A stretch of DNA of 64,000 nt from a virus (taxonomy: Duplodnaviria > Caudoviricetes): positions 192,001 to 256,000 of IMG/VR virus record IMGVR_UViG_3300011678_000001; one strand, written 5' to 3'. Below, in pieces: positions 18,725 through 29,102 of this stretch (its first letter is position 1; every line of letters starts with the position of its first letter). The position numbers and the translations under genes are program-made. Under the pieces are notes generated by a model. It did not search any database. It had not been told where the DNA came from and worked only from the letters and a program-made list of their open reading frames with translations.

Positions 18725-20005
18725 ACCGTCGAAGTCGGCGTTCTTGTCGATGAGGTTCAAGGGAGAGATGGAAATGGTGTTATCCGTCGGGTCGGTCTTG
18801 ACTTCATCGATCTGGTTGTAGCCGATCGAGCCACGGGTCAGGGTCGGGTTACGACCAAACGTCGTGGGAATGGTGCCGCTGGGCGCTTCGGCTAAAAGCT
18901 CCTTGAACAGATCATTCAGATGAGGATGGTACCGCAGGGTGTTCTCGTAAATCAGGGCCTGAATCTCGTTGGGAATGTACCCTTGAGTCAGCAGCTTGTT
19001 TTGCAGGTGCACCTTAAACAACAGGGTGCTCATCGACCATGGAATTTGCATTGCGTCCTGGCGATGGGGTTTCTGGCGCGAGGTGATCACTGCACGGTAA
19101 CCGAAGTGTGGTCGAGTCCCGTAGATCAGCTTACGGGCAATGCCGGGCTTCTTGAAGATTACCTCTGCTTCGAAGGTCCGGTAGTACTCGTTGAAATGCT
19201 GCAGGGCACTGACGACACGGGCTTCCTTTACCGGTTGGGCCAGCTTGGGCTGGTTCTCGGCGGTTTCCCGGTTGTCGATCCCGATCAGGATGTGCGCAGC
19301 GTTAACGGCGGCCACCATCTTCGGGTCAGCGGTGATGCGGTTGTTGGCATTCTCACGGATGAAGCCCAGGCGCGTCGGGAACGGCATGTACTCGGAGAAT
19401 GTCTTGTCGTAGTTCTCTTGCAGAAAGCGCATGATCTTACGACGTCTACGAGCTGAGGCAGAAGGTCCAATCAGACCGGCCTTGAACAGCGCCACCAGGA
19501 TGGCTTCGTAGTTTTCGATGAAGTGGTTGTAACCCCGTGGGATGTCCAACCGCTCAAGTTTGCGCATCTTGTCTGCAGCCAACGTGGTCGGTGCATTATA
19601 ACGCGGGTTGCACAGGTACTCCAGGATGTTGAAGTTGGAGTGCGTCAGGTTCTTGGACAGAATCCGCCACACGGTGATGTTGATAAATGCCTTGATGCCT
19701 TCAGGCACCTTGAGCCACAGCATCGACTCCAGCGGCTTTTCCGTGATGGGCACGACTTGGGACAGACACACCGGGCAACGGATGCCGTAGTTGTCCATGC
19801 CTGTGATGTTATTGCAGTCGCAGGCTGCCGTGTTGTTCAGGGAATCCCCGTCCAAGCTGGCATAAATCAGATTGTTGAGCTTAAGGCGGTCGGCCTCAAG
19901 GTCAATGTTGAAGTCGTTCATCATGATCGCAGGATGCGTCAGATGCCGGAACATGCTATCGTAGTGGACTACCCGCAGGTAAATGCCATTCCGTTCTTTC
20001 ATCAA
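18725..20005 (-). CDS. nvRNAP beta'-like N-terminal subunit, exon 1 (phiKZ gp55-like)
   Basis: Zn ribbon CDC...CPVC, KPGIARK, RAVIT and RNPTL; ends NADFDG at the intron. Confidence 0.92.
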
Positions 20006-20049
20006 CTCTGGCCCTTAAGTATAGTACCGATGAAAAATAAAAGACATAG

Positions 20050-20073
20050 CTCGGGGGAGCAACTGCTCCCCCT
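20050..20073 (-). terminator. terminator after chmA
   Basis: GGGGGAGCA-AC-TGCTCCCCC hairpin followed by U-rich sequence on the minus strand. Confidence 0.7.
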
Positions 20074-20096
20074 TGCTATTTGAGTGCCGCTATCGG

Positions 20097-22019
20097 TTAG
20101 AAGCTCGAGCCGAAGCCGAAGCCGTTACCGATGGAACCACGCAGCGAACGCTGGCCATCACCAACTACACGACGGGACAGCATGCCGTGAGTCAGGTCAC
20201 CACCGACGAAGTCGCGGATGCGAGTGTTGCCACGCGCACGGCGATTGCCGAAGGAGTAATGAGCCGAACGCTGATCGATGTTGATCTTGCAGTCAGCGAT
20301 TGCCAGTGCCAGAGCCTCGATGAACTTCGGGTTGAAGTACGCGAGGTCCACGTAACGGCTGAACTTGACGTTCGAAGCGCCGAGAGCGGTGGTCAGCTGC
20401 TGGAACTGTTCGCTGACACGCACTTCCACGTCCAGATCCTGACGGTCGATCACGCCCTGGTACAGGAGTGCCGATTCGCCCTGATCGTTCGGGTTCTGTG
20501 CCAACCAACGGAGCAGGTCCCAATCACGCAGGTCACGCTCGTTGCCTTTCTCGTCGATCCAGGTACCGGTCAGGTAACGAGCACCGGACATTTCCAGCGG
20601 AGTGTCGACGCCGAGTTCGCGAGCACGACGGGTGAAGTTCCCGTTGGTCAGGCGATCTGCGTAGTCGTACAGGCGGCGGATTGCGTCGCCGTTTGCCGAA
20701 GTGTCGGTAGCTGCGTCAGCGAGCAGGCTGGTGATCCAGCTGTTGTCGCCGCCTTCTTCCAGTTCCACAGCCCAAGCCAGGTTCTCGTCCACGAGGGAGA
20801 AGAAGTACTGACCCCACTTGTGGGTGTCGAGGCTGGCACGTGCGTCGAACACGACCGGCTCGTGATCCTGATCTGGGCCGAGGATGTTCAGCAGACCAGT
20901 GTCACGGGTGTCGATTTCGCCACGAGGTACGTCGCCCGGCAGGAAGGTGTGAGCCCATGCCTGATCCTTGGAGATGACCGAAGCACCACCCAGCGCGAGC
21001 AGCAGCAGTTCCGGCGTGATGCCGTTGGTGCCAGTGTCCATGCGGTTGATGACGAAGGTCGGAGTGAAGTACGGCTCGTTGCGAACGGCAGTACGCGCCC
21101 AACGCTCAGTCTGCTGCGGCGGGGAGTACATCAGGTTGACGTAACCGCCCAAGTTGGCCAGGCCAACGGAGACGTTCTGGTCACCCTTGCGGATCACACC
21201 AGCTACGCTAACAGCGATGTCGCTGCGGCGCGGCAGGCCGTCGGCCGAAACCACGTCACGACCGGACAGGTCAACGTTGATTTCCAGCGTGGACTGCTTG
21301 TTCAGCCACTCGAGGCTGAAGTACAGGTCCGGGTTGAACAGGTCGTTGTAGATCGCAGTCAGTGCGGCCTGTGCGTAGAACACGACAGTACGCGCTTCGG
21401 TGCTTTCCGGCTCGTTGAAGTCGACCTTGCGGTCAACGGTACGCCAGCCAGCGCGAACGATTTCCACGTTGCGGCGGGTCTGCTCGAAGTTCTTCTTGGT
21501 GATCTCGTCAACCAGAGCCAGGTAGCTCTCGGTCACGTAGTCAGAAGCAACGACCGGCAGCTGGAAGCTGCGATGGTTGATGTCGACGTTGCGAACTGGG
21601 GACTCGTCGGTGAGAGTGCCTTCCAGTGCCAGCGCGTGGGTCAGGACCTTAACGGTACCCTGATGCTCGACCGGGTAGGCCAGGATGATGCTGGAGATCG
21701 AGACGTTGTGCTCGGATGCTTCCAGACCGATTACCTGGACCTTGGACAGGTCGATGACGCCGGCGCCGGCGACTTGACGCTCAGGGGAGAACCAGAACTT
21801 GAAGCCTTTAACAGCGGAGACCAGAGCCTCACCGCTGGTACGACGGCTCATCGGCGCGCCCAGCAGGCGGTTGATGTCGAGCAGGCCAGCTACCGGCGTA
21901 GCGTGCTGCTGACGGTCAGCGCGGTCAGCACGAGCTGCAGGGTTGGCGTTCTGAGCCGGATGGTCGTTCTTCGGACCGGTGATCGGATCGTTCTGGGTGT
22001 TTTCGTCTTTAACGGCCAT
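20097..22019 (-). CDS. chmA: chimallin, the phage nuclear shell protein
   Basis: 640 aa, AGGAG RBS, strong codon bias, disordered termini; immediately upstream of the gp55-like nvRNAP subunit as in nucleus-forming phages. Confidence 0.85.
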   Translation of the reverse strand: MAVKDENTQNDPITGPKNDHPAQNANPAARADRADRQQHATPVAGLLDINRLLGAPMSRRTSGEALVSAVKGFKFWFSPERQVAGAGVIDLSKVQVIGLEASEHNVSISSIILAYPVEHQGTVKVLTHALALEGTLTDESPVRNVDINHRSFQLPVVASDYVTESYLALVDEITKKNFEQTRRNVEIVRAGWRTVDRKVDFNEPESTEARTVVFYAQAALTAIYNDLFNPDLYFSLEWLNKQSTLEINVDLSGRDVVSADGLPRRSDIAVSVAGVIRKGDQNVSVGLANLGGYVNLMYSPPQQTERWARTAVRNEPYFTPTFVINRMDTGTNGITPELLLLALGGASVISKDQAWAHTFLPGDVPRGEIDTRDTGLLNILGPDQDHEPVVFDARASLDTHKWGQYFFSLVDENLAWAVELEEGGDNSWITSLLADAATDTSANGDAIRRLYDYADRLTNGNFTRRARELGVDTPLEMSGARYLTGTWIDEKGNERDLRDWDLLRWLAQNPNDQGESALLYQGVIDRQDLDVEVRVSEQFQQLTTALGASNVKFSRYVDLAYFNPKFIEALALAIADCKINIDQRSAHYSFGNRRARGNTRIRDFVGGDLTHGMLSRRVVGDGQRSLRGSIGNGFGFGSSF

Positions 22020-22098
22020 TATGGCTAACTCCTTGGTGTTTTGATGCGTTACTAGGGCCTAGTGAACATCTTGAAGCTTTGTCTCGATATTCACGTTG

Positions 22099-22126
22099 AT
22101 AATGTAGCACCGTGATAATTTCGAAT
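22099..22126 (-). promoter_or_regulatory. putative early promoter of chmA
   Basis: ATTCGAA-N13-TACATTAT. Confidence 0.6.
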
Positions 22127-22354
22127 GGAATTCTTATTCCAAGCCTCATTATCATTCGGCACCGGGGTTTATTTTTACGGTGTGCAGCCAAGAAAAGGAA
22201 ATACCCTCCCTTGAAGACAAGGGATTAACCTTGCCCGGAGCACATGTCCTATACCATATGGTGAAACCAGTTCTTTTTTACGATTCTGTTTCTCTCCCAT
22301 GAACGTAAAGGTTGGCTAATCCTTTGAGACTCTAACTGTCATTGGACCTTCCCC

Positions 22355-23461
22355 ATGTACACACTCTTCAATACCGACGCCAAGATCAAGCAGACAAACG
22401 TCGCGACCTTTGGCTTGGACTACGTTAAGCGGGAGCTGATGGGGGTACAGGTTGACCGCTATAAACAGTACCGGGCAATGAACCCTGGGTACATCAAGAG
22501 CGACCACCTGATCCTCAAGCTTCTGGCTATGATTGACATCCCCTTCACCGGCGACCTTCCTGACTTCTACCTACGGGCTGGCAGTATCGTGGATCGGATC
22601 GCAGGACAGATGGGCTTGGTCACATCAGCTCACCACGGGCGGGTGCGTAACCACAGTCACTTCTACGGCAAGGGCGTCAATGAGATCGTCATCGCTGTAG
22701 CAGACGACACCCTGACCCCGGCTGAGATCTGGTTCGGCTGGAACAAGATGAGCGCGGTGCGGATACTGGCCCACCCTATTAAAGGCTGTGGCATTATCGA
22801 GCTGGACGGCAGCAACGAGTTCAAAGGCCTGCCAGACGGAGCCACTGCAGTCGTTGAAATCAACCTGCCCCTGCTGGCTTGTCAGTACCATCTGTGGCGC
22901 ATGGCGACGTCCATGCTGGCTCCAGAAGGGACTGCGCTGCCGTCGGCTCACTTCGTGTCCCAAGTGGTGATCCCCAACATGCTGCCCAGTCACTTGGATG
23001 TGGCGGTGTTAAATACCCTGCATGCCTTGACAGGTGCGCCGGGCTACGTGCAGGTCAACAGCGACATGCCGTTCTACACCACCGACCTCTATCCCCGACT
23101 GGAGAAAGGCTTGCTGGAGTTGCTGGAGCGTTTTACCAAGGCTACCTTGACGTACAAGGACATTCTGTCGAACACCCCCGTGTTTGGTCAGGACACCTTG
23201 ATGCAGACGGTCAAGATGCCGGACATGGCCTTCACCAACCAAGCCATCTGGGCCTTGACCATTGCGCGGTTGCCGGTGATTGCCCTGTTGCTTAAACTTG
23301 ACTTCCTCAGTCGCAACGTCAAGAACGATTCTGAAAAGAACCGGATACGGCGCAGCTTAAAGGAAGCCGAGAGCGGCAAGTACCTGACCAACCAACTGCC
23401 GAGTAACGTCTCAGCCTGGGTGGCCAAGTACATTCAAGAGAACATCACGCCCTACCTGTGA
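22355..23461 (+). CDS. conserved core protein (phiKZ gp52 position)
   Basis: 368-aa ORF divergent from chmA, followed by a hairpin at 23468-23489. Confidence 0.7.
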   Translation: MYTLFNTDAKIKQTNVATFGLDYVKRELMGVQVDRYKQYRAMNPGYIKSDHLILKLLAMIDIPFTGDLPDFYLRAGSIVDRIAGQMGLVTSAHHGRVRNHSHFYGKGVNEIVIAVADDTLTPAEIWFGWNKMSAVRILAHPIKGCGIIELDGSNEFKGLPDGATAVVEINLPLLACQYHLWRMATSMLAPEGTALPSAHFVSQVVIPNMLPSHLDVAVLNTLHALTGAPGYVQVNSDMPFYTTDLYPRLEKGLLELLERFTKATLTYKDILSNTPVFGQDTLMQTVKMPDMAFTNQAIWALTIARLPVIALLLKLDFLSRNVKNDSEKNRIRRSLKEAESGKYLTNQLPSNVSAWVAKYIQENITPYL

Positions 23462-23490
23462 ACATAGCGAGGAGCCCTAGGGCTCCTCGT

Positions 23491-23775
23491 TTATGCTGTC
23501 TCACCAGATTGGAGCTGGTGCACGTCTTTATTGATCAGCTCTGCGATGGCGCTGGCTAACTCAGGCTCCAAGTCCTTCAGTTGCTCAGCCAGCTCCATGT
23601 ACAGAATCCACCGCTCAGGCCCTAGGTTAGACAACAGCTCTGACACCAGAGCACGGGTCATGGCGACCGTGTGGCTGTGGACAGAGCTGCGCATGAGGGC
23701 CATCATTTCTTCATCCGTGGCAGACCGGGTAATGGACTGTCCACCGCTACTTACCATCACTTTGGGGCGATTCAT
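23491..23775 (-). CDS. hypothetical protein
   Basis: 94-aa ORF with GGAG RBS. Confidence 0.55.
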   Translation of the reverse strand: MNRPKVMVSSGGQSITRSATDEEMMALMRSSVHSHTVAMTRALVSELLSNLGPERWILYMELAEQLKDLEPELASAIAELINKDVHQLQSGETA

Positions 23776-23780
23776 GTCAA

Positions 23781-24188
23781 CTACTCCGGTTCGACTTCAG
23801 GACACAGGTTGGTGGTTCGGATGAGGTCATCGTCAGAAGCCTTGAAACGTGCCCTCACCGCTTCGAGTAACCGAACCAGACGCGGATCGGTCGTCTCTTC
23901 AGCCACTCGTTTAAGCAAGAAGTCAAAGTCCAAGGTGTTGTTCCCATCTATATCGACACGAACCACCTGAGCCCCACGGGTATGGACGTTGATGCAGGGT
24001 TTGATGAACATCGTCGAGCTTGCCGTAAACGCACTGCTGCACGTCACATCCGAAAGGATTGAGGACGACACCAGCCCATCACTGCTCAAGGCATCGGCGA
24101 ACGCCTTTAACCTGTCAAACTCGGAGGGGGCTTTCGCCCGCTCCGGAAACTGGAAGATCTGGCAATCAGGTTTACCAGTCGTATCCAT
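23781..24188 (-). CDS. hypothetical protein (135 aa from MDTTGKP)
   Basis: Start overlaps the DNA polymerase 3' end. Confidence 0.5.
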   Translation of the reverse strand: MDTTGKPDCQIFQFPERAKAPSEFDRLKAFADALSSDGLVSSSILSDVTCSSAFTASSTMFIKPCINVHTRGAQVVRVDIDGNNTLDFDFLLKRVAEETTDPRLVRLLEAVRARFKASDDDLIRTTNLCPEVEPE

Positions 24189-26451
24189 CTTCTTCTTCCT
24201 CTTCGAAGAGCTCATCCTCATCGTCATCCATGGCGCTGTTGGCATCGGTGGCCTCTGGCTGGAGGTTCACTTCGCCGGACGGGGTGTAGATGTCGCTGAT
24301 CAGACGAACGTATTTGCTGTCCACCTGGAAGATCCCAAGGGATTCCAGAATCATGTAAAACGACTCGAGGATTTCATAGGTCAGTCGACGGATGTCGATC
24401 ATCACCATGACTTCTTCCGGCATGCCGTTCCCTGACAGGATCGACAATGGCATGTAGAGTGTCCGAATCTGATCCCGTTCTGTGCGTTCGCAGTACAGAC
24501 GGAACCGCTCGGCAAACTCAGGATCAATGGCATCGATCTGGTTCAGCCAGGTTTGCATGTCGGTTTTGTTGCCCACAGCCATCGGGACCTTAATCACCGT
24601 GTAGGGTGGGCTTTCCACGTTGCCGTACTTGGGAGCGAACACGTCCTGCCACATGGTGTAATGGCGGTAGTTGGTCTTCTCCTTATACGGGTCGTCCTTG
24701 TTCATGTTGGCGTACGATTCCTGAATCTGTGACGACTTCAGGTATTTGTGCTCGCCTTTCTTGATCGAGTTGTAGATTTCCTGCTCGTGCTGCCAGACCT
24801 TCATGTACAGCTCTTCCAAGGAGAACTGGCGGTTCTCATCGGCGCGGGTCATGACTTCTTTCATCAGGGCCTTGGCGGACTTGATAATCGAGGGCGGAAC
24901 CGTTGAGGATCGCAGGGCCACGCCCTTGATCTCCATGTCGTATTCCTTATACACGTTACCTTCACGAGCCGACATGAACGCGTAGTAGTGCTTGGCGCGG
25001 CTGGTCAGGGTGAACACCGGGAAGGCGTACTCGTTCTTCATGGTCAGGCGATGCAGGTCTTCCTGGATCACCCCCATGTTGGCCGACAGCTTAGCCAGAA
25101 CGTGGACGATACACTGACAGGCAATGTAGGTCGTGGTGTACCAGATACCGTCGCCTTCTTTGGTGCGGGTGGCGTCATTGGTGTACCAAGTCACCCAGTC
25201 TTGCGTGGTGAAAATGGTCGAGTCCGTATCTGAGGCCAGTACCACACGCCGCAGGATGCCTTTAATGTTGGCCACGGTTGGGCACAGCTGTACTGGGGTC
25301 AGGAACACCCGAATAAAGGTGAAGTACTCCTGCATTACATTCTGGATGTTGATCGCCGTGACGGCTACCTTACGCAGCACATCGAAGCGGCCCTTCTCCT
25401 TCAGGGAGTCAAAGTTCTCACCAAGGGTCTCCTCAGCGTTCAGGTACGTCGCCAGCACCTTGGTGTCATCATCGATCGCCTTACCGGTTAGAAAGCCGTA
25501 GGGATCGTCCATGGAGGTCTGATCGGCACTGGGGTCGTACTTGATGATCTTGTCCATCATGCCCCGGACGAAACCGTCGTTATACTGGGCAATGTGGTAG
25601 AGGTCACCGGTGTACATCACGATGGCACGCTCAAGCGGCGTCAGGCGGACAATAAAGTCCACGATCTGCTGGAAGCGCCCTTCGTTACGCCAGTACAGGT
25701 CTGTGCTGCGGCGGATACATTCGGCGGTCTGTTCCACGGAAGGGTAAACGAAACCGCAGGTCTGCATGGCCTGCTCGAACTCTTCATGCGGCTGACTGGT
25801 GATCAGCGCCAGCATGTTACTGAGCGCAATGGTCGGGGACCAGTAATGCCGGGAGCCTGCCAAGAGCTTCTCATTGTTGGCGTTACCGTAGCCGGTGGCC
25901 GAACGGCACATGGAGGTCAGGGAACTGTGACCGGATTTGACGTAGAGGATGTTGCCGGAGAAGCCGTGCATCCCGGACAGGGAGTTGATCGCGATCTTCT
26001 TGGCGTTCTGTTCGGCGTCCTTGATCTTCTCGAGGACTTCGTCGCCTGCAACCTTGGCGTAGAACATTTCGTTCTTGGCTTTCTTACGGCCGGCAATGCC
26101 CGTTTCAACGAACTTGGCCGAAGGCGACTTGAGGACCTTAGGGTTCTCGTAGCAGACCATCGACGGCGACAGGATACGGTTGGTATCGGTCACGGTACGG
26201 ATGTAGGTCAGCATGGTCATTTCATCACGGACCCGGTTACCTGGGCTCTCTTGCTTGAGCACCAGCATGTTCGGATCACGCAGTGGAAACTTGCCCCCAC
26301 GAGAGAGGGTCTTCTTAAGGAACGTCAGGCACTTGTCCTGCGGTTGGCCGGTCATCCGGTGCAGGAACAGGGTATTCTGGTCGAAATATCCCTTCAGCAG
26401 GTCGAGGTCCCGCTTGTACTCGGCCTTCTGCAATACGAATGGATTTTCCAT
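24172..26451 (-). CDS. family B DNA polymerase, polymerase-domain subunit (phiKZ gp50-like)
   Basis: QNAKKIAINSLSG (region III), ASDTDST (region I), KHYY and IKGV; no exonuclease domain recognised. Confidence 0.9.
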   Translation of the reverse strand: MENPFVLQKAEYKRDLDLLKGYFDQNTLFLHRMTGQPQDKCLTFLKKTLSRGGKFPLRDPNMLVLKQESPGNRVRDEMTMLTYIRTVTDTNRILSPSMVCYENPKVLKSPSAKFVETGIAGRKKAKNEMFYAKVAGDEVLEKIKDAEQNAKKIAINSLSGMHGFSGNILYVKSGHSSLTSMCRSATGYGNANNEKLLAGSRHYWSPTIALSNMLALITSQPHEEFEQAMQTCGFVYPSVEQTAECIRRSTDLYWRNEGRFQQIVDFIVRLTPLERAIVMYTGDLYHIAQYNDGFVRGMMDKIIKYDPSADQTSMDDPYGFLTGKAIDDDTKVLATYLNAEETLGENFDSLKEKGRFDVLRKVAVTAINIQNVMQEYFTFIRVFLTPVQLCPTVANIKGILRRVVLASDTDSTIFTTQDWVTWYTNDATRTKEGDGIWYTTTYIACQCIVHVLAKLSANMGVIQEDLHRLTMKNEYAFPVFTLTSRAKHYYAFMSAREGNVYKEYDMEIKGVALRSSTVPPSIIKSAKALMKEVMTRADENRQFSLEELYMKVWQHEQEIYNSIKKGEHKYLKSSQIQESYANMNKDDPYKEKTNYRHYTMWQDVFAPKYGNVESPPYTVIKVPMAVGNKTDMQTWLNQIDAIDPEFAERFRLYCERTERDQIRTLYMPLSILSGNGMPEEVMVMIDIRRLTYEILESFYMILESLGIFQVDSKYVRLISDIYTPSGEVNLQPEATDANSAMDDDEDELFEEEEEDGYDW

Positions 26452-26531
26452 GGCTCAATGACCCTTGTTGAAGCAAAAAGAAATAAAGTCGGGGTAGCTC
26501 ATATAAGAGCTACCCTTCGTTTTTATTGACG

Positions 26532-27074
26532 TTACGCGTAGTACCCAAGCGAGTAGACTTGGCTGTCCTGCTCGCGGAATCCTTCGAAGTTGGTCAGGCA
26601 AAACCAGTCATCTTTGTTCAGGTTATTCTTCAGAATCTCCAGAAGTTGATGGTAGCCGTTGGGTTTCTTCGTGGAATTGATGAAGTTCACCAGCTCCTCT
26701 AGGAAATCACAGGCTACAGCTTCGCCGAACAGCTCGTGGGCCTCGTCCATCATGTGTTCAGTCAGGGCGAAGTCCTTGATGTCCTCATGCAGCATGACAT
26801 CCACGATGTAGTACGGCGAGCCCAGCAGGTGCATCGCTTCACGATCGTCCTCAGGCAGACGGTGCTTGCTAATGATCCGGTTCATGGCATCAACAAAGCG
26901 ACCGTAGGCCTCAAACCACTCTGCATCAAAGGCGAAGATGAAGTGCTGGTCATCCTCCTCATTACGCGTTAGCCGGTATGTCCAAGGAGCCAGTCGTCTA
27001 GTACTCGATCTTGAAGTCGGAAATGCCATTTTGGAGTAGTGCCTGTTTGACCAGATTCTCGGTGGAATCTGCAA
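26532..27074 (-). CDS. hypothetical protein (true start uncertain, probably shorter)
   Basis: ORF track; acidic helical body. Confidence 0.55.
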   Translation of the reverse strand: MQIPPRIWSNRHYSKMAFPTSRSSTRRLAPWTYRLTRNEEDDQHFIFAFDAEWFEAYGRFVDAMNRIISKHRLPEDDREAMHLLGSPYYIVDVMLHEDIKDFALTEHMMDEAHELFGEAVACDFLEELVNFINSTKKPNGYHQLLEILKNNLNKDDWFCLTNFEGFREQDSQVYSLGYYA

Positions 27075-27387
27075 TGTTGTTTATGGTGATCACAAGCTTA
27101 CGGTCGGTGATCACTTCGATGGTGTCGTTCTTGATCCACGGAATCCCGAGGACTTCGACATCACCGTTGCCGTAGCGCAGCTTGACGTAGTTATACGCAC
27201 TCGCTGACTGGGGCAGGTCGGTCAGGAAGTTCTTGACCTGAGCATGCTTGGCCCGGACATCCCCGAGCAGCATCGCCGTGTCGAGGTCGAGCACCGCCAC
27301 GACCGTCACGTTCTGACGGTTAGCACCCAAGACTGCGGGGGCGGCTGTGTCGAACTTGACGGTGGAGCCGATGAAATTACTGATCAT
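26998..27387 (-). CDS. conserved small beta-rich protein (phiKZ gp49 position)
   Basis: 129 aa; synteny. Confidence 0.65.
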   Translation of the reverse strand: MISNFIGSTVKFDTAAPAVLGANRQNVTVVAVLDLDTAMLLGDVRAKHAQVKNFLTDLPQSASAYNYVKLRYGNGDVEVLGIPWIKNDTIEVITDRKLVITINNIADSTENLVKQALLQNGISDFKIEY

Positions 27388-27689
27388 GAGGAGTGGCCTT
27401 CTTCAAAGGTTAAAATGTACGTCCCATCGGTATCTACCACGTCCACGTCTATCCAGACTCGGTCGGCCAGACTGCTTAGGAAGCGGTCACGGCGCAAACG
27501 AGCCAACCAGTCTGGATCATGCAGGAACTCCTCCGTTAGCACATGGAAGAATGCACGCATGATCAGAGCTCGGACGCACTGGCGTACCGTGGCTGGGAGT
27601 TCCCCGATACAAGGGGTGTCTGGATCGAGGGCGTAATATACCTCAGGGAGCAGGTCTGCGATTGCGTCTGAAGTATTGATGACGATCAT
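27384..27689 (-). CDS. hypothetical protein, paralog array member
   Basis: 101 aa; ATGA-coupled to the next gene. Confidence 0.6.
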   Translation of the reverse strand: MIVINTSDAIADLLPEVYYALDPDTPCIGELPATVRQCVRALIMRAFFHVLTEEFLHDPDWLARLRRDRFLSSLADRVWIDVDVVDTDGTYILTFEEGHSS

Positions 27690-27698
27690 GTTGATCTC

Positions 27699-28037
27699 TT
27701 AGCGGATCGAGGTCAGAACCAAGGCCCGGTCTTGTTCACTGTAAGCGGCATGCGTGACGCTGCGCCTGTCTAGCCCCTGTGTGGACCGGTCGATGGTACA
27801 ATAGAGGTTAATCATAGCATTGCGTAATGCGATGAAATCCTCGGCGGTCTCTTTAACCTCCGGGGGGAAGAGCTGTGCAACAAATTCATCAACGAAGAGT
27901 TCACCTCGACGACACCAGTCGCCGTACAGACAGTAAATCTCATCGATGTCGTATTGGTGTTCCATCACTTGGGACAGATCACCGAGGAAGGCGGCATGGA
28001 GCGCCTCCCCGTCTAGCAAAATGATTCGTTCAGCCAT
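27699..28037 (-). CDS. hypothetical protein, paralog array member
   Basis: 112 aa, acidic. Confidence 0.65.
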   Translation of the reverse strand: MAERIILLDGEALHAAFLGDLSQVMEHQYDIDEIYCLYGDWCRRGELFVDEFVAQLFPPEVKETAEDFIALRNAMINLYCTIDRSTQGLDRRSVTHAAYSEQDRALVLTSIR

Positions 28038-28431
28038 CAGAAATTCTCACTAACACACTGTTGTCAACCGGATCATAACTGACCAGTTCAGTGATTAATG
28101 AGTCCACATCACGGTATCTGCTCAGTTGTCCGGCGAGGTCTTTAAAAAGGTCGATCGCCAAGTCGTAAGCTTCATCCACTTCGACCATTAGGCGAACCAT
28201 TGACGCGTGACCACATCTGTGCCTGTCCATCCAATAACTGAGCACTTCACCATACTCTGCCGCGAGGTTGTTTTTAATCACCCCACGCAGTGAGCACGGT
28301 ATGACTGCCAAAAGCAGTTCAGGTTTTACGGTTGATAACCAGTCGTTTTCGGCTTTTAGGCACAGGGTGAGCGGGAGTTGTACCGGCTCCCAAGGCCAAT
28401 GGGACGATTTCGACGCAGGCAGTATTATCAT
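28030..28431 (-). CDS. hypothetical protein, paralog array member
   Basis: 133 aa; start uncertain. Confidence 0.55.
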   Translation of the reverse strand: MIILPASKSSHWPWEPVQLPLTLCLKAENDWLSTVKPELLLAVIPCSLRGVIKNNLAAEYGEVLSYWMDRHRCGHASMVRLMVEVDEAYDLAIDLFKDLAGQLSRYRDVDSLITELVSYDPVDNSVLVRISDG

Positions 28432-28846
28432 CTTCGTTCACCTCTAAGAGTCGGACAGATTCGCTTTGGTTAACGAGGCGTTCTGTCTGAGCCAGGAGGT
28501 CATCGGTAAGGTCACACAGGATCTTACGAATAAAAAGGCTTTCGACATCGCTCAAACGTCCGTCTGTCATAATCTGGGCAGGAAACCGGTCTTCGCGTTT
28601 GGCCAGCAGGGAGTCAGACAAGTGAGCAAACAACTGATCCAGACTCATGCCGGTGGCCTGCATCACGTTATACACGTTCAGCAAGAACTCGCCATTGGTT
28701 TCCAAGGTGATGATCGCGCGGATTTCGGGAGGCGGCAATGACGACGTCTTCATCTGCTTCGCTGTAGCGGACAGCAAGGAGGACGTAGGGCTGTTGAGTG
28801 CGCGTCGCCTGCGTGGCACGACTAGCCCCGTCGTAATCTTTTTCAT
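28319..28846 (-). CDS. hypothetical protein, paralog array member
   Basis: ORF overlaps both neighbours; start uncertain. Confidence 0.5.
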   Translation of the reverse strand: MKKITTGLVVPRRRRALNSPTSSLLSATAKQMKTSSLPPPEIRAIITLETNGEFLLNVYNVMQATGMSLDQLFAHLSDSLLAKREDRFPAQIMTDGRLSDVESLFIRKILCDLTDDLLAQTERLVNQSESVRLLEVNEDDNTACVEIVPLALGAGTTPAHPVPKSRKRLVINRKT

Positions 28847-29102
28847 AGTAGCGCCTTAAATTGGTAAAGACGTCGTGAAACGTCGATTGAATATCGTCAA
28901 GCCACCACCGGATTTCTTCTTCTTCCTCCGGATGGTTCTCTAATAGGTCCTCTATATAAAACGCCTCATCGAATACAAAATACGCGATGGCGGCATAGAG
29001 CATGGCAGAGGCGCCAATACACCCGGCCAATGAATCACCGAGCATATTGAACGCCTGCCTATACGGTAAGGTCAAAGCGATTGAGCTGATTCCAGTCGAC
29101 AA
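28668..29102 (-). CDS. hypothetical protein, paralog array member
   Basis: 144 aa with GGAGG RBS. Confidence 0.6.
   Translation of the reverse strand: MSTGISSIALTLPYRQAFNMLGDSLAGCIGASAMLYAAIAYFVFDEAFYIEDLLENHPEEEEEIRWWLDDIQSTFHDVFTNLRRYYEKDYDGASRATQATRTQQPYVLLAVRYSEADEDVVIAASRNPRDHHLGNQWRVLAERV

Noticed and set aside
20073-22028. 651-aa plus-strand ORF opposite chmA
   Set aside because: Antisense shadow of a highly codon-biased gene
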